From positions 9,238,001 through 9,302,000 of the forward strand of contig NC_087436.1 in assembly GCF_036321535.1 (NCBI RefSeq): 64,000 nucleotides of DNA. Reading direction: 5' to 3'. Below are positions 1 through 13,809 of this stretch, in pieces (the first letter of the stretch is position 1; each line of letters begins with the position of its first letter). Made by a program: the position numbers and the translations under genes. This stretch comes from Camelus dromedarius (lineage: Eukaryota). Below the pieces are notes generated by a model. It saw only the letters and a program-made list of their open reading frames with translations. It searched no databases and was not told the DNA's origin.

Positions 1-138
1 TTTTATCTTTTTTATATATAGTGGCTAACATTTGTAAATCTCAACTCCCAAATTTATCCCTTCCCACCCCTTTTTCCCAGTAACCATAAGATTGTTTACT
101 ATGTCTGCGAGTCTTTTTCTGTTTTGTAGATGAGTTTC
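1..138 (-). mobile_element. LINE-1 3' UTR fragment (cetartiodactyl-type), cut by window edge
   Basis: Resembles reverse L1 3' UTR (ctcccaaatttatccc...taaccataag...tatgtctgcgagtc...gttttgtagatgagtt). Confidence 0.75.
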
Positions 139-1618
139 TATGACTATTTCTAATTACATTTACCTACCCTTCCTTTTCAACCTTTATCCAAAACTTTCTT
201 TCCTCCTTATGATAAAATCTTTGGAGGTGGCCTCATTCTTCTGCAGTTTAAAATTTAATATAGCAATAAAGTCACAATGAAGCAGTGGCTTTTGTAACCC
301 ATGCTGATGATCTTGCTCTTGACACTTTTAGCATCGTTAGGCTGGGCACTGGACTTTCTGGATGTGCTGGATGTGCATTAGACTTTATCAGCATTTCCTT
401 TTTGACTAAATCATAATTTTTCCCTCATTTGCATCATGTATTATTGAAAGTTAAATAGTCTCTGTTCAAAGTGAGCAAGGGTGTTTCTAACAAAATGATG
501 CTTGCTTTCTTGATGACACTGATGTATAAATAATTGGTCAAATCTATGTCTCACTGTGCTGTTTTTTTTTAATCTATTCTAAGAGATTGGCAATTTCTCT
601 TGCCTTCAGTTGAACTACTTGGCTTGTAATAGAAGGTCTTTTTGCTCATATATAAATGACAAACTATAACATAGCTGTAGATTTTTGTGTGTTCCTTCTT
701 TTCTCAGTTTCCCTAGACTAGTTTATCTCTTTCCATGCGAGGAAACAAAGTCATAGACATTTTTCAAGTGACAAACATCCATTTTACTATATTAAATGTA
801 AACCCTCACTACTGTTTGCAAGCCTTTTTGTATACAAGATAACTTTTTGTCTCAATGTCAAATCATAGTATGCTCTTTTTTGTAAAGGTATATTAAGTGA
901 CAGTGAAACTTACTGGATGGAGTTCCGAAAATATATGTGACTCAACTGAAGTAAGGGCAACGATGACGTCTCTGGCCATGTGCACATGACAAGCATTTGC
1001 AGTTGTACTGTGACTGATGTTTGGTTAACCATAATTAGATAGTAATCTTATAATTGTTATGATTGTAATATATAACATGATTTTAATCTACTTTAAAAAA
1101 ATACAAATTAAAAATTTTTCTTATATGATAGTATTGGCTAAATCTCCCCAAATAGGGCAAAAAATATTAGTAAAAGCTACTACCAGTATCTTATTCTTGA
1201 ATTTCATAGAACTGTCTTCAGAGTAATAACACTTAATATCATATTTCCTGTTACTTGAGGTAATCAGACTTTATTTTGTGGAATTAGTTTCCTGAATTGA
1301 TTATCTTAGTTTAGTTACAACTAGTATCAAAGTGTTGAAGTATAACATGCATTTACTTTAAAATGTTAAATAATTCAGTAAGATTTGTTAAAAATATGTC
1401 CACTTCTCCCCTTTCATTTAAAATTCCACCAAAGCATTTTATTTCTATTCTTTCACCTGTTGCTTTGGTACTAATTTCTACATCCCTAACTATGTTTCTA
1501 TTTTTATTTATTGAGTTTCTCTCAATTTAAAATTTCTGTTTTATTTTTATTTTCATTCTTGACTTTTCACTTTGAAAGTTGAAGATTTTGCTCACTGTTA
1601 TTCAACACCCAACCAATA

Positions 1619-1640
1619 CACACACACACACACACATATA
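1619..1640. repeat. (CA)n microsatellite
   Basis: Visible dinucleotide run. Confidence 0.9.
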
Positions 1641-2037
1641 ATTTGCATCTCCTCAATATATTTCAAGTATAGTATTTATTTGATCAAAAATCAAGATTGA
1701 GAGACTAAAAAACTTTAGGCAATTCAAGACTCCAAAAGATATAGTCCCTCAGATCTGGGGATCAGGCTTTTGAGGAGCAACCACCCGAGGTTGTCACATT
1801 TGCAAAGTTATGAGAACCTCATTCTTAACATGCCAAGTGAATCTGGATGCCGGGATGAACAGGTGGTGCCAGAGTGAGGCTGGCAAGACCAGACAAAGAT
1901 TTTAAAATCATAGTTGCTTCTGAATTTCTTCTGCCTTCCATTCTCATGTGTGCCTTGATTTTTAAAAACGGTGGGGATTTTGAAGTGCGTGTATCTTTTT
2001 GAATTAGAATTCTCATCTTTTTTCCAGATATATGCAG

Positions 2038-2181
2038 ACAGCACTATTTACGATAGCCAAGACGTGGAAACAACCCAGTGTCCATTAAAAGACAATTGGT
2101 TTAAGAAGATGTGGTGTATATACACAATGAAACTACTTAACCTTAAAAAAGAATAAAATACTGCCTTTTGCAGCAACGTGC
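2038..2181 (+). mobile_element. LINE-1 ORF2 C-terminal fragment
   Basis: gcactatttacgatagccaagacgtggaaacaaccc...aagaagatgtggtgtatatacacaatg...ttttgcagcaacgtg is the typical L1 ORF2 end. Confidence 0.85.
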
Positions 2182-2187
2182 ATTCCC

Positions 2188-2478
2188 ACTATAGTATCAC
2201 AGAGAGTAGCCTTGGGGCTCTAAGGATGCTTTGTTCTCTGCCCACCCATTCCTGTCTTCTCCCCTAACCCCAGGCAAACCCCTGATCTTTTTATTATCTC
2301 TTTAGTTTTTACTTTTCCAAACTGTCATAGAGTTGGAATTACTCATATGTAGCTTTTTCAAATCGGCTTCTTTTGCTTAGTGAGTGCATTTAAATTTCTC
2401 CCATGTCTTCGCCTGGCTTGACAAACTCTTTTTATTTTTTTAGCACAGAATAATATTCCACTGTCTGGATGTATCAAT
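2188..2478 (-). mobile_element. Old LINE-1 (L1MC-like) 3' region
   Basis: Reverse L1 3' motifs: cccctaaccccaggcaaacc, tgtcatagagttggaat, aataatattccactgtctggatgta. Confidence 0.75.
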
Positions 2479-3044
2479 ACTTAAAAAACAAACACATTCT
2501 ATGTGTGTATCTGCTGGCTTTCATTCAAGGTTAATTGTTTCCAAAAGTATTTGTATTTTTTGGTATGATCCTTGTATATTTACCTGTGGCAATTCTTTGA
2601 AGTCTATGTTTTAAAAGTATCTAGCTTGGCCATGAACTTGGATACTACCAACCTGAGACCACTTTAAATTTCTTCTGCCTTTATATTTCTCTGTTAGTGT
2701 GAAGATTGCCATGAGGTAAGGAACCTATTTTTCTGTGTTGTTTGTGTCTTCATCTTGTTTTTCAGTTTTTTTTTTTTCATTTTTCACCCACCCCCAAATA
2801 AAGCAGAGGCTGATAAACATCTCCAGCATCTCCTTGTGCACAGTGAAAATTTTCTGGTACTCCCACTGTATGCCAAAATATCTGATCCTGCCCCCTTTTT
2901 ACCCATTTACTCAGGGCATTTCATACATTTTAGGTAAGAACTCATTAAAGACCTGGCTTTTGGCCACTTGGAGACATTAAAGAAGACCATGCAAACTGAA
3001 GTTTCCTCCCTAGATTTGTGCCTTCTCCTTTTTTCCTCCTTTTG

Positions 3045-3860
3045 ACTTTATTTTTAACTTCATATTTTGAATTAATTCCTGACTTACAGAAGAGTGGCAG
3101 AAACAGTGCAGAATTTTCATAAATACGTCATCAAAACCCCCCTGGTATTGTCATCTTAAATAGCTGTAGTGTGATTATCTGAACCAGGAAATTAACACTT
3201 GTGTAACACTATGATCTAATCCAGGCACTATTTGAATTTCACCAGTGTATCCACTGACTTCCTTTTTCTGTTCTAGGATCCTATCTGGACTCTATGTTCC
3301 TTTCTTTCTCGTACTCTATGGGTTATGATCTGAAAATGTCTACTTTTATGTAATTATTTTATGGAGGTCAAACTCTTCTACCTTTGGCCATAAAGAGCTC
3401 TTGCAGATGTGTGCTTTGTTCTTTTACCATGTTCCCTTCACTTGTCCTCTCTCTTATTTCACTTTATTCCTCCTTCCTCCTTCATTTTCTTCTTTCTTCC
3501 TTCCCTCGTTCCCTTCCTCCCTTCTTCCTTCCTTCTCTAGTTCTTTTTCCATCATGGCACCACAATGTGTTTCATGTCCATCCTGTATATTTTCTGTCTC
3601 AGCCCTGCAATCAACCACTTCTGCAAGATATTCAAGATTTTGTTTTCTTTTTTTTTAAACATAATGTTGCTTTGAGAGTCGTTACTTCCAGGTCCTCTCA
3701 GTGGCTAGGAAGTATATGTACATATTCTAACCACACATATGCACTCATCTGTATTTCTATACTTATGTGCCTATCCATATGCATATTTCTGTCTATCTAT
3801 CCTCTCCTTCTCTCTCTCTTTCATCTTTGTATCTATCATCCCTCCAAAACTGGGTGATCA
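3045..3860 (-). mobile_element. Old LINE-1 (L1MC/L1MD-like) 3' UTR fragments with a CT-rich tract
   Basis: gacttacagaagagtggcag, aaccaggaaattaacactt, ctcagccctgcaatcaaccactt and ttccaggtcctctcagtgg resemble reverse L1MC/D 3' UTR. Confidence 0.6.
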
Positions 3861-3865
3861 TACTG

Positions 3866-4405
3866 ACATGTTGGTTCAAATGTAAATTGTTTCAGCCACT
3901 ATGGAAAACAGTATGAAGATTTCCTCAAAGAATTAAAAATATAACTACCATATGGTCCAGAAATGTCCTTGCTGGATATTTATCCAAAGAAAATGAAAAC
4001 ACTAATTAGAAAATACCCTCTATGTTCACTGCAGCATTATATACAATAGCCAAAATGTGGAAGCAATGTAGGTGCCCATCGTAAATGAATGGATAAAGAA
4101 GATGTGTTTTATATATATATTACAGTATATATATGGAATATTACTCAGCCTTAAAAGAGGAATGAAATACTGCTATTTGCTGCAACATGGATGGATCTTG
4201 AGGGCATTATGCTAAGTTAAATAAGTCAGGTGGAGAAAGACAAATGCTGTATGATTTCACTTGTATGTAGAATCTAAAAAACAAAACAAATGAACAAAAC
4301 AGAAACACAGTCACAGATACAGAGAACAAACTGGTGGCTGCCAAGGGGAGGGAGGAGAGAAATAGGTAAGGGAGAATAGGAGGTACAAACTTCAAAATAA
4401 ATAAT
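3866..4405 (+). mobile_element. LINE-1 (L1MA-like) ORF2 end and 3' UTR
   Basis: cagccactatggaaaacagtatg, tgcaacatggatggatcttgagggcattatgctaag, gatacagagaacaaactggtggctgcc. Confidence 0.9.
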
Positions 4406-5714
4406 TTAAATAATACTACTTCCATTTGGGAAATTGTCTAAACAGCTGTCAGGAAAAGCTTCTTTAGCATGGATAATGATTCCAATTTCATTCATTCATA
4501 AAATCCTGTGTATCAACATCATCAACCAAACAGCAATCTGGCTATTTTTAGAGACTCATCAGAAATCATAAAACAGACTTGTTCCTTTAATTGTGTGCCA
4601 TGCAATTTCTACTTTAAAAAAAAAAGTGACAATGAATGTTTTTAGTTATTTTAACCCTAATTGTTAATAACACTTATTAAAACTATGAAGTACTAAAAAG
4701 GTGATAATCTCAAAGTTTTGCAAGTTTTTTTTTTTGAGCTTGAATCTCTTAAATGAGCAGTGAAGATATTCATCTTTTGACTGAAATTTCTCATTAAAAA
4801 TATTTTCATAAAGTTGATCAGGAGAAAAAGTAGTAAACAGAAGGAAAAGAAGGAGAGCTTTTCAACTTTCTCACTATTCAACTTTCTAGAACTTTCCCTC
4901 CTCAACTCCAATTGTAAGTTACATTCTTCATCTAGAAGAATGATATGCAGGCTCAAAAGTGTAGAATTAGCATAGATTTGTAGGAATTAAAGTCTACACT
5001 TGTAAAGAGGTTGTAAGAGAGAATCATTCTTCTAAATTAGTTCAAGACTCTAGTCTTATAAAATTACATTATAGTGTCCTTAAAAAGAAGTTGCAAGTGA
5101 TATCCATTACTAAAACTATGTTCGTTATTGTGGAGAGGTAGAAGAAAATTATGCCAGGTAAACATAACACCAATTCTTAAAAAAGATGAGGAGGGTTCAT
5201 ATTGATATAAACGTGTTTCAAAACTGAATTAAAAGTTTAGAATTCTGCAGGAATGAAGAAATGTCGCAGCATTAGGGAAGTTAAAGGGCTCTTGAATGAG
5301 GAATAAGGTCCAGAAATGATCAGGAATGCACCTTTTAACTGAGTAAATCAAATGAGTACTCTTATTTGTTTTTTGGGTAATTGGTTTTATTTTATAAAAG
5401 TCCAGTTTAGAAAAATAATGATGTGGTTTACAGAAACCTGAGGTTTACGCCATAATAGTGGTAGATTTAGATAATCAAGGTGTTAAAAAAACTGATGAAC
5501 ATTGAGTTCAAAAACAGACCACATTAGATGCTCTTCAGAGGATTTCTTTTTAAGATAGAAGCAAAAAAAAAAAAAACCAACTTTTGAAAAGTGTTATCTG
5601 ATCCATCAAACAAACATAGCAACACCATGGTGCCAATGATTGCTTATTCTTCTGATCCATTATAAAGTATTAACATATTTTAGCCTTGCCACCATTGAAA
5701 AGGGGAATACACAA

Positions 5715-7605
5715 CTTAATAATAATAATTAGAGACTTAAATACCTCTTTTCAATAATGGATAGAAAAACTAGACAGTAGGTATCAAGGAAATAGAAGAA
5801 TTAGGCAAAACTCTAAACCAAAAGGAATTCACATAAATCTATGGGACACTCAACATAGAAACAGGAAAGAATGAATTCTTCCCAAATTCAACATGGAACA
5901 TTTTTTAAAGATGAAACCAAGCAGGACCATTCCGGGCTTTCCTGGGAACAGACCCACATGGTGTCTCCTTCATCTTGTTTATAGAAAAGCTTTAACCTCC
6001 TAGGTCTTCCCTGAATTCCAAGGAGCAAATTTAATTAGATAAGTGAGAAAATGCAGAAACAAAGGAAAATGGTCAAGCAAGAAAAAATAATAGTAGTTTA
6101 GCCATAAACCAGGGTCAAGGACCTTTACCTCCTCCTCGAGGGCTAGAGATAATATTCCAAGTGGTGTCCTTGAATCATTTTGCAGGTACTACAGCCTCAC
6201 CAGATGGGTGATGATCATGAGAACACATACCCCAGACCCGTTGGAACCAGAAGGCTGATGATGTTGACTCAGGTGATACCGCTTGGTTACCTCCTCACCA
6301 ATCAGTCAGCAGAAGGTCCATGAGCTGATTAGGCAACGTTTGACCCTCTCCCTCACCTTGCCTTTCCAAATCTTCCCCTTAAAGCCATCATGAGCTGCCT
6401 GTTGTCCTTTCTTGGTCCCATGTTAGACACCTGCAATAAACACTGTACTTTCCTTCACCACAATCTGGTGTCAGTAGATTGGCTTTACTGTACCTGGTCC
6501 AAGTGTACCCACATTTGGTTCAGTAATGAGGATATACCAGACTGCTAGACCTCTAAAAAGCCACATTAAATTGAAATGATTTAAATCATAAAACATATTT
6601 TTGTAGAAATTAAAAAAAACTGATCCTAAAATGTATATGGAAATACAAAGAAACAGGAATACCCAAAACAACCTTAAAAATGAGCAAAATAAGTGGACTC
6701 ACAGTTCCTGGTATCAAAACTTACTATAAAGCTGTGGTAATCAAGACAATGTGGATCTAGATTAAGAATAGAATATAGATCAACGGAACAGTGTTGACAG
6801 TGAAGAAGTAAACCCTTACAATTACTGTCGATTGATTTTTGTCTAAGGTACCAGGGCAATTCAGTGTAGAAAGAGTGGTCTTCTCCACGAATGGTGATGG
6901 CAACTGGATGTCCACATGCAAAGAAATGAAGCTGGACCTATACATGTATTTGCATTTTAGACCAAGTGCAAAGATTAATTCAAAATATATAATGTATCCA
7001 AGTATAGAAGCTAAAGCTACTAAATTATTAGAAGAAAATCTCAGAATAAATCTTCATGATCTTGGATGTGGCAATGGTATCTTAGATATGACACCAAAAA
7101 CAAGAGTGACAAATAAATAGGTCAATTCAACTCTTCCAAAATTAAAAAGATTTTTGTACTTCCCAGGATAAAAGAAAGTGAAAATATAACCCATGGAATG
7201 GGAGAAAATAGTCACAAATTTTATCTCGTAAGGTGCTGGTATCCAGAATATATAATGAACAAATACAACTCAAAAATAAAAAGGAAACTCAGTTCAAACT
7301 TGGGTAAAAGGTATTAACAGACATTTCTCCAATGAAGATGGACCAACTGTAAAAATATGAAGATTCTCAACCGAAATGATCACTATGAAATAGAAATCAA
7401 AATATTTCCTTTTTGTAAATCAAAACTTTTAAATAGAACTACTATATGATCCAGCAATTCCACGTCTGGATATTTATCTGAAGAAAACCAAAACACTGAT
7501 TTAAAAGATACATAAACACCAGTGCCCATTGCATGCTTATTTATAATAGCCAATATATGGAAACAAAGTGTCCTTTGATGGGTGAATGGATAAGAAAATA
7601 TGTAT
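5715..7605 (+). mobile_element. Degenerate LINE-1 ORF2: endonuclease part joined to post-RT part, split by an LTR
   Basis: Endonuclease-like 5715-5911 resumes at 6529. After ~6595 comes post-RT sequence (aaaacttactataaagctgtggtaatcaagacaatgtgg); ORF 6839-7120 has L1-like WMSTCKEMKLD and KLLEENLRINLHDLG. Confidence 0.9.
5912..6528 (+). mobile_element. ERV1-class solo LTR inserted in L1
   Basis: Starts TG at 5912, AATAAA at 6435-6440, ends ttcagtaatg. Flanks aaga (5908-5911) and agga (6529-6532) form a near 4-bp TSD, and L1 is continuous across it. Confidence 0.8.
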
Positions 7606-7611
7606 ATGTAT

Positions 7612-7712
7612 TTACCTATTTATTTATTTTTGGTGGTTTCTGGGGGTTGAACCCAGAGCCTTGTGCATGCTAAGCATGCACTCTGCCACTGATCTATACC
7701 CTAAGCCCCCCA
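7612..7712 (-). mobile_element. tRNA-Ala-derived SINE (camelid Vic-1-like)
   Basis: Reverse strand reads gggtatagatcagtggcagagtgcatgcttagcatgcacaaggctctgggttcaacccc followed by an AAAT tail. Confidence 0.85.
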
Positions 7713-9184
7713 AAATTATGCTACCCTCCCCCTCAAGTATATTTTTTAAATGAAACAAACTTTAACCACTTGCATGGCTAGATTTTTCAGAGGAGCCAAA
7801 GACCAGTCTCTTCCTTTTGACCAGGAAGGGAATTTGAATCATAGGGATCTATGTAAGAGGTCCCAACTTTTCTTTCCTTGGTTTTGGTGTCCTTTCCTGT
7901 TTTATTTAAAGCTGTTTACACTAGAGTCTCATTACTGCTAATGAGTGTTTTGCTCATATTGATCTTTTTGAGGTGGTATTTTATTTGACATGTTAAAGAC
8001 TTTATTCAGGTCTTCGGGCTCCCAGGGTGGTTTGATCCAAGCTTGAAAGCCTGGGCATCTTTTGTGAATGGCTTTCTCTTTTCTCTTTTTTTTGCCTGAT
8101 ATAATGGGAACTCTGTTTATTAGTGAATTGCAGGTATACGTTCTTATTAGGCTACTAATTTTGGAACTGGTTAGAATTTATTAAAGATATAAAATGATCA
8201 GTTTAAAAACATGCACATTTAATCATTCCGAAGGAGTAAAATCAGTAGCACAAATGTGCATGAACAAACAAGCATTGACATTTAGTGATTCAAAAGTTTT
8301 CTTTGTGTATATTTAAAAAATACAATCAATGGTAAAGAGTGATGTGGTCCTTGCATGAGGATATGTTCTTCAAGTCTAAGCAGAAAACTTATTTTCTGGA
8401 ACCTAATCTGTGATTAACTTATAATACAATAAATATCCATCACTGAAATATCCTACAGGGAATGGCAAAACCCCATGTGCATCAAGGTTGCCAAATTTTA
8501 GTCTTTGTTGTGCACTTCATATGATTAAGACTAGTATCTACGTTTGGCTAATAGGAAATTCAAACACTTCTATCAGCAAGCAGTGATCATGTCCCATCTT
8601 ACTTTTTTATAATAATTTTCCACATGGTTTTCAATTTATATTTTAATGTACCTATCAAAAAATATCTCTGCATTTAAGACCACTGAACACTGTCCATTGT
8701 TACGGCTCTAAGATAAAAGCCAAAAGCCAATCAAGATTTTTTTCAGTCTCCTTATGCACTTTCATCTCCTAAAATTCCCATCCACAAAGTTCAGTTTAAA
8801 CTCCTTAAGGCATTTTGTATTTACCTTGTTTGGACTATTTCTCTTAATCTAATTTCAGGTTTAGTGTACTGCTGAAAAAAAAAGTCCATCATTGTTTAAA
8901 TGATCACAGACAATAACATTAAAGCAGAAAAAGGCATTACCTTAACCTCTTGAAATTTACATATGTGATTAAGTTTCAGAGAAAACAATGTGCTGCCCAC
9001 TGTTTCCTTGGCACATACCTTCATTGAACTTTTACTTTGCATTTGGCACTTTTCTAGGCACGAGAGGCTCATCAGTGAATAAGAGAGATGAAAAAACCTG
9101 TCTCAATGGAAATTAGATTCTAGTGCAAATAAGGAGGTGGTAAACAAACTAACATTTTTATATATAAATATATAAACTAACATA

Positions 9185-9207
9185 CATATATATATATATA
9201 TATATAT
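9185..9207. repeat. (TA)n microsatellite
   Basis: Visible run. Confidence 0.9.
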
Positions 9208-9609
9208 GAAGTCCATAGCAAGCTACGTTGTGTGATGTGTTAATGAGAACAAAAATATAGCCAGAAAGGGGGCTAAAGAATGTCTGTAGGGTGGCATTTG
9301 CAAAGCTAAAATGCAAATGTGGCCATGAAAGCAGTGCTGAGAATGTGCCCTTTGAATGAAGATGTGAAGGAGACTAAGTGAGCTCTCCACAGACCCTGAA
9401 GATGCCAGGCAGAAGCACATCAAATATAAAGACACCAAGATGAGGCACACCTGGTTGCGCAGAAAAAGCAGAGGTGAGTGTCTATAAAAAGAGCGATTCA
9501 AGTAGTAGGAATAAACTTGGTCAGAGACATGTGATGAAATTTACTAAGGCTTTGTAGTTCACTGTGATAACTGGATTTTGCCTAAAACGAGTGATGTTCA
9601 TGGGCTCTG

Positions 9610-10000
9610 AGAAGGTGAAAATCAGTCTTCTCAGAAAACAATCTGTCCTTTCTTTCATCAACACTGTTTCTAGAAGAACACAGTCAAGACCACATCATAG
9701 TTACAAAATAACCACATTTTCCTTAAATGTGATTTCTTTCTTACCAGCCCCAAATCGCTCTTCTTGTTTTCTGAACAAAGATTAGCAAGCTACCCAGTGC
9801 TGACCTGCCCTGCGAATTAAGAGTATCTAATCCAAAAAGACCCTTGCCTTTTAAATTCCTCCTTAAAATCTCATCATTAGACCCTCCACATAAATGCTGT
9901 CTTTCTGACACTCACAGACACTCTGATGTAAACTTTCTCTTCCTACACCAAGCTGAATCAATCTAACATTGACTACAAGTGTCCTACTGGTGGGATGAGA
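9610..10000 (+). mobile_element. Old LTR fragment (ERV1, MER67-like) inside L2
   Basis: Interrupts the L2; its 3' part (ttgactacaagtgtcctactggtgg) resembles an ERV1 LTR U5. Family uncertain. Confidence 0.4.
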
Positions 10001-11494
10001 TAGTTCTGAGCAAAGGACCGATCATATTATAATTTATATTTTGCAACATCTAGGCTGTTGTTTTACATGCAGATGGCAGTTGGACAAGACAGAAGAAGGG
10101 AAATCGATTAGAAGGTGAACACAAGAATTCAAAGGTGAAGTAATATGGCAGTGAACACAGAAGGGCTGGAAAGGGGTTGGATAGTGGATGTCTACCAGGG
10201 AAGAGCTGGCAGCAGTCCCTAATGGATTGCATATGAATGCACCAAAAGAAGCATCAAAGAGGACTCTAAAATCCTGGGCATAAACTGCTGATAGAAAACA
10301 TTGCCACTTACTGAAATTGAGAAAACTGAAGGATAAGCAGATTTTAAGAGGGGAGTTCTGCTTTGGACACGGGATGCCTGAGATTACATCGTGGTGAAGA
10401 TGTTAAGTAAGTAGTTGGATACAGGAGCCTAGAGTTCAGGGGGAGTTGGGGCTAGAGATATAAAGTGATGACTTCTCCCAGTTTTGAAGGCATTCGCAGC
10501 CAAGAGACTGGAGAATGCAAGAAGGGAGTGACTGCATTTTTCTCGTATTTGTATTTTCCAAACTGATTAGCTGTATTTTTATAACTTTAGTCAGATTCAT
10601 CTTTGCATGCTGTAGATGCTCTGGTCTCCATAAGAGAGACTGGATTTTCATAATATCTAATCTTTACAAAGGCCATTAAGTTAGTCTAATATGTCCAGAG
10701 TATTCGTTTAAAATTTTTAAAGAGGCAAAAAATAGAAAATCCAATTTCATAATATTCATGCCACTTACTTTTACTATTTAACTGTATACATTATTCTGAC
10801 ACTACCTGAGTATTACTAGAGCTGTCACTGAAAAAAGCCTAGGAGGGAGAAAAATTAATTCAGTTTCAAAATCTGATATTTTCATCTAATGTTTCAATTA
10901 ACGAAACAGTCAACCCTTTCTTCAATTGGTTATTTTATGACATGACAATACGCATTTTAATCATTCTACACTGCAGATAATCTCTCAGGATATGTTGATA
11001 CTGACTGATAAAAATCAGCTTTTTAACATTTTAACCAGTGTTTCATTAATCAGTTGTTAATTTTAATAGAATCAGATTCTGTTTTGACCCATATCTGACA
11101 TATAAATGGGATAAGTGTCAATTGGAACATGGTAGAAGGTTGAATGCCAATAATTTATCCTAGATACCAGTAATGTTTATTTTTATTGTCTTCTGATTAG
11201 TCTAGTACAAACATCATGTCTTTGGTTTTGTCCAGCCATTTACTATATCAATATTTCTTTTTTCTAATTTAAGACTAAATGAGACTTCTTTAAAATGATA
11301 TTCCCCTAACTTGATGTATCCACTTTTAAGAAAAAATAAGACTAATATCTAAAGACCTAATTGCCTGTTTGTGGGGCTTATGTACAAATCTCATATGTTA
11401 TTTAAATCTTTTGCAATGCAATTTTTTATAGAATTATACTCAGTTACAATGTGTCAGTTTAAGCTTTAAACTAAGCAAGTGAGGAACAGAATTA

Positions 11495-11700
11495 GTATCT
11501 ACTCTGTGCCTTGCACATAGTGGGGTTGTCATTTTTTGTTTCACGGAAACCTCTTAACAATGTGGGTAAGCTTATTTTCGTTCAGTTATTTAAAATCAAG
11601 AAACTGAGTTTCATAAAACAAAGGCAGTTTGTTCAAGAACAGCCTACCATAACCAACATTTAAATTAAAATCAGCCTGATTGGAATCCCTTTACCTTTCA
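11495..11700 (-). mobile_element. MIR SINE fragment
   Basis: ctactctgtgcc...aagaaactgagtttc...tttgttcaag resembles the reverse MIR core. Confidence 0.5.
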
Positions 11701-11811
11701 TGACATGCCTGGCCTGCTTCAACTTATAAAAATTAAGTGTATTATAGATGGCTTTATTGATTAACCTAGCATAGATTTCCCCCCACTTCCAACTTTCTCT
11801 AAGAAACTAGT

Positions 11812-12300
11812 TTTTCACTGATTCAGTCAGGAGGCATTACCGAGTGACCATCGCATTTGGTTAAGTGTGGATAATGTCAAAATAAAATAAAACATTGACC
11901 CTAGTTTAGACAGGAAAGGTCTTGTGACTCAGTTGTACACAAGGCCATACCATAGAGCTGTGCATGAAATGCTACTCTGGAATCAGAAGCAAGATAATTC
12001 AGTTAAACCCCAAAGCAGTGGGGAGATTCGGAGAGCCCGTGAGTCTGTTCAATGTTTAGAGACCCTCCAGACAAAGAAATGAGTCTAAAGCCATTGCGTT
12101 CAGAAGGAACAGCATATGTGAAGACACGTGTGGAAGCCTGTGATGGAAGGTGTCGTCTGGGCAGCTGTGAGCAGGCTGAAAGGCTGTTGCGTACATAACC
12201 ATGAGCAGGAACAGTCCATGAGGCTTGAGCTACAGAGCCCGGCTAGATGATTAAGAGCTTGGGTACGAAGCAATGGGCTGTAAATCTGTACTTGTATGTA
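11812..12300 (-). mobile_element. L2 fragment
   Basis: cactgattcagtcag...gcattaccgagtgacc; agaaggaacagcatatgtgaagac. Confidence 0.5.
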
Positions 12301-13809
12301 CTTATGTTTTCTATGGAACTGAGCTTTGAAGAATGAAAATGCGGGCTCTTTAGAACTGCAGAATTGTAAGCAGCAGACTCGAAAGCAAATTCTGTGTCAA
12401 GGGTAGAGTTTTCAGCGATTTATTGGGATGTCACTCACAAGATTGTTCTGCAACTTCTGCTGGCTATTTGCAAACACCTTTATGGAGCAGTATTTGTTCC
12501 CTGAAAGGGAAAGTTATTCTAGTAAAATAGATTTGGGTTATTAGGTTGCCTGGGGTGCGGATAGGATTTTGACGAATAATCAGACCCATATTCAGAATTA
12601 AATGTTTTAGGTCACAGTGTCAGCTCATCCCTGCGTAGGTTTTGATAAGATTTCAAAGATAATAATTTTAAAATAAAAGGAATTGTTAAGGTTCTTTTTT
12701 TTTTCCCCCAGTTGCTTTCTATGTTATTTTGTGCTGAGGAGAAGTGCCACCTTGTATGATTATACAGGTGTGATTAGAGGAATAGAGAATGTCATGTGTA
12801 GTTTTCATAGAAAATCAGACCCTACTAATATTAGAACATTCATTAGAATATACCAAAGCTGAACAACTTTTAAAGGAGGAAGTGAAGACACAAAAGAGTT
12901 AAGGGGAGAGCTCAAAGTCACAAGAAATTCAGTGAAAAACCCAGGTCTGAAACAGATCTACTCGGCTCTATAGTAATGGATTTATTTTTTCCAACTACAC
13001 CTCGGTTTGATTTCTGGGTAACTTACCCTAGCTATTGCTTTTCAGGAAATGAATAAGATTTCAACATTCACATGTCAAATAATGGGGTACTGATGAAGAA
13101 TAGTTCTACACCACTGAAAGGAACAAATCCGGCAGTGGGTTCAGATGCCTAGAAACTTATTTTACTTAGTTTCAAAGTATTCTAGTTAAAAGGTATTAGA
13201 AAGACATGAAATGATAAAGTATATATATATTTCCTCCTTTCTATTCTAGAACTATGTTAACAGTTCCCTAGGACAGACCTTTATACACAGAAGGCTGTTG
13301 CTTGATTAACTTTGCAGGTGCAGTATCAGAATAATCATAGTGTGTTTACTACTTGTCCAAAATGTCGACTGATATCTAAACAAAAAGAATAATATAAAAT
13401 TTGCCTGGAGACACCACAAATTGGTTTGCTCTTCTCGAGATAGCCAGTATTTCATTTTTAGTTGTAGAAAACCTTAGAGATGGAATTGCATAGATGTTGT
13501 AACATAAATACTAAATCTCTATTTCCTTCCTTAAATTTTCAAAAAGATAATTTGGATAAATTTTACTTAAGTAAAATTCTACTTAAGTCATTTTTCACTC
13601 TGCAAAGGACAATTTGAAAATAATACTAAATGAACATCTTATAGAGATAGTTAAAAAGTATCTTTTGCCTCTGAAAGAGTATCGCTTTAGAATTGCAGTT
13701 ATTCAAACTTATTATTAATCAACTTTTTCTTTCCTTTTTATTGTAAAAGTATGAATCCCTTGTATGTGGATTCAAGAATTATTTTAAAATCATTTTTGTT
13801 AAAATATAA

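Larger units (their letters stand above)
9030..10530 (-). mobile_element. L2 (L2a-like), interrupted at ~9610-10000
   Basis: ggcacttttctaggcac...cagtgaataagagaga, gccacttactgaaattgagaaaactg, ggagttctgctttggaca, gttggggctagagatataaa. Confidence 0.75.

Noticed and set aside
1685..1950. Possible retrocopy or ERV internal fragment
   Set aside because: Composition differs from the flanks, but I could recognise no frame, terminus or family; left uncalled.
3384..3857. 157-aa hydrophobic ORF
   Set aside because: It results from a CT-rich tract and antisense L1 3' UTR sequence.
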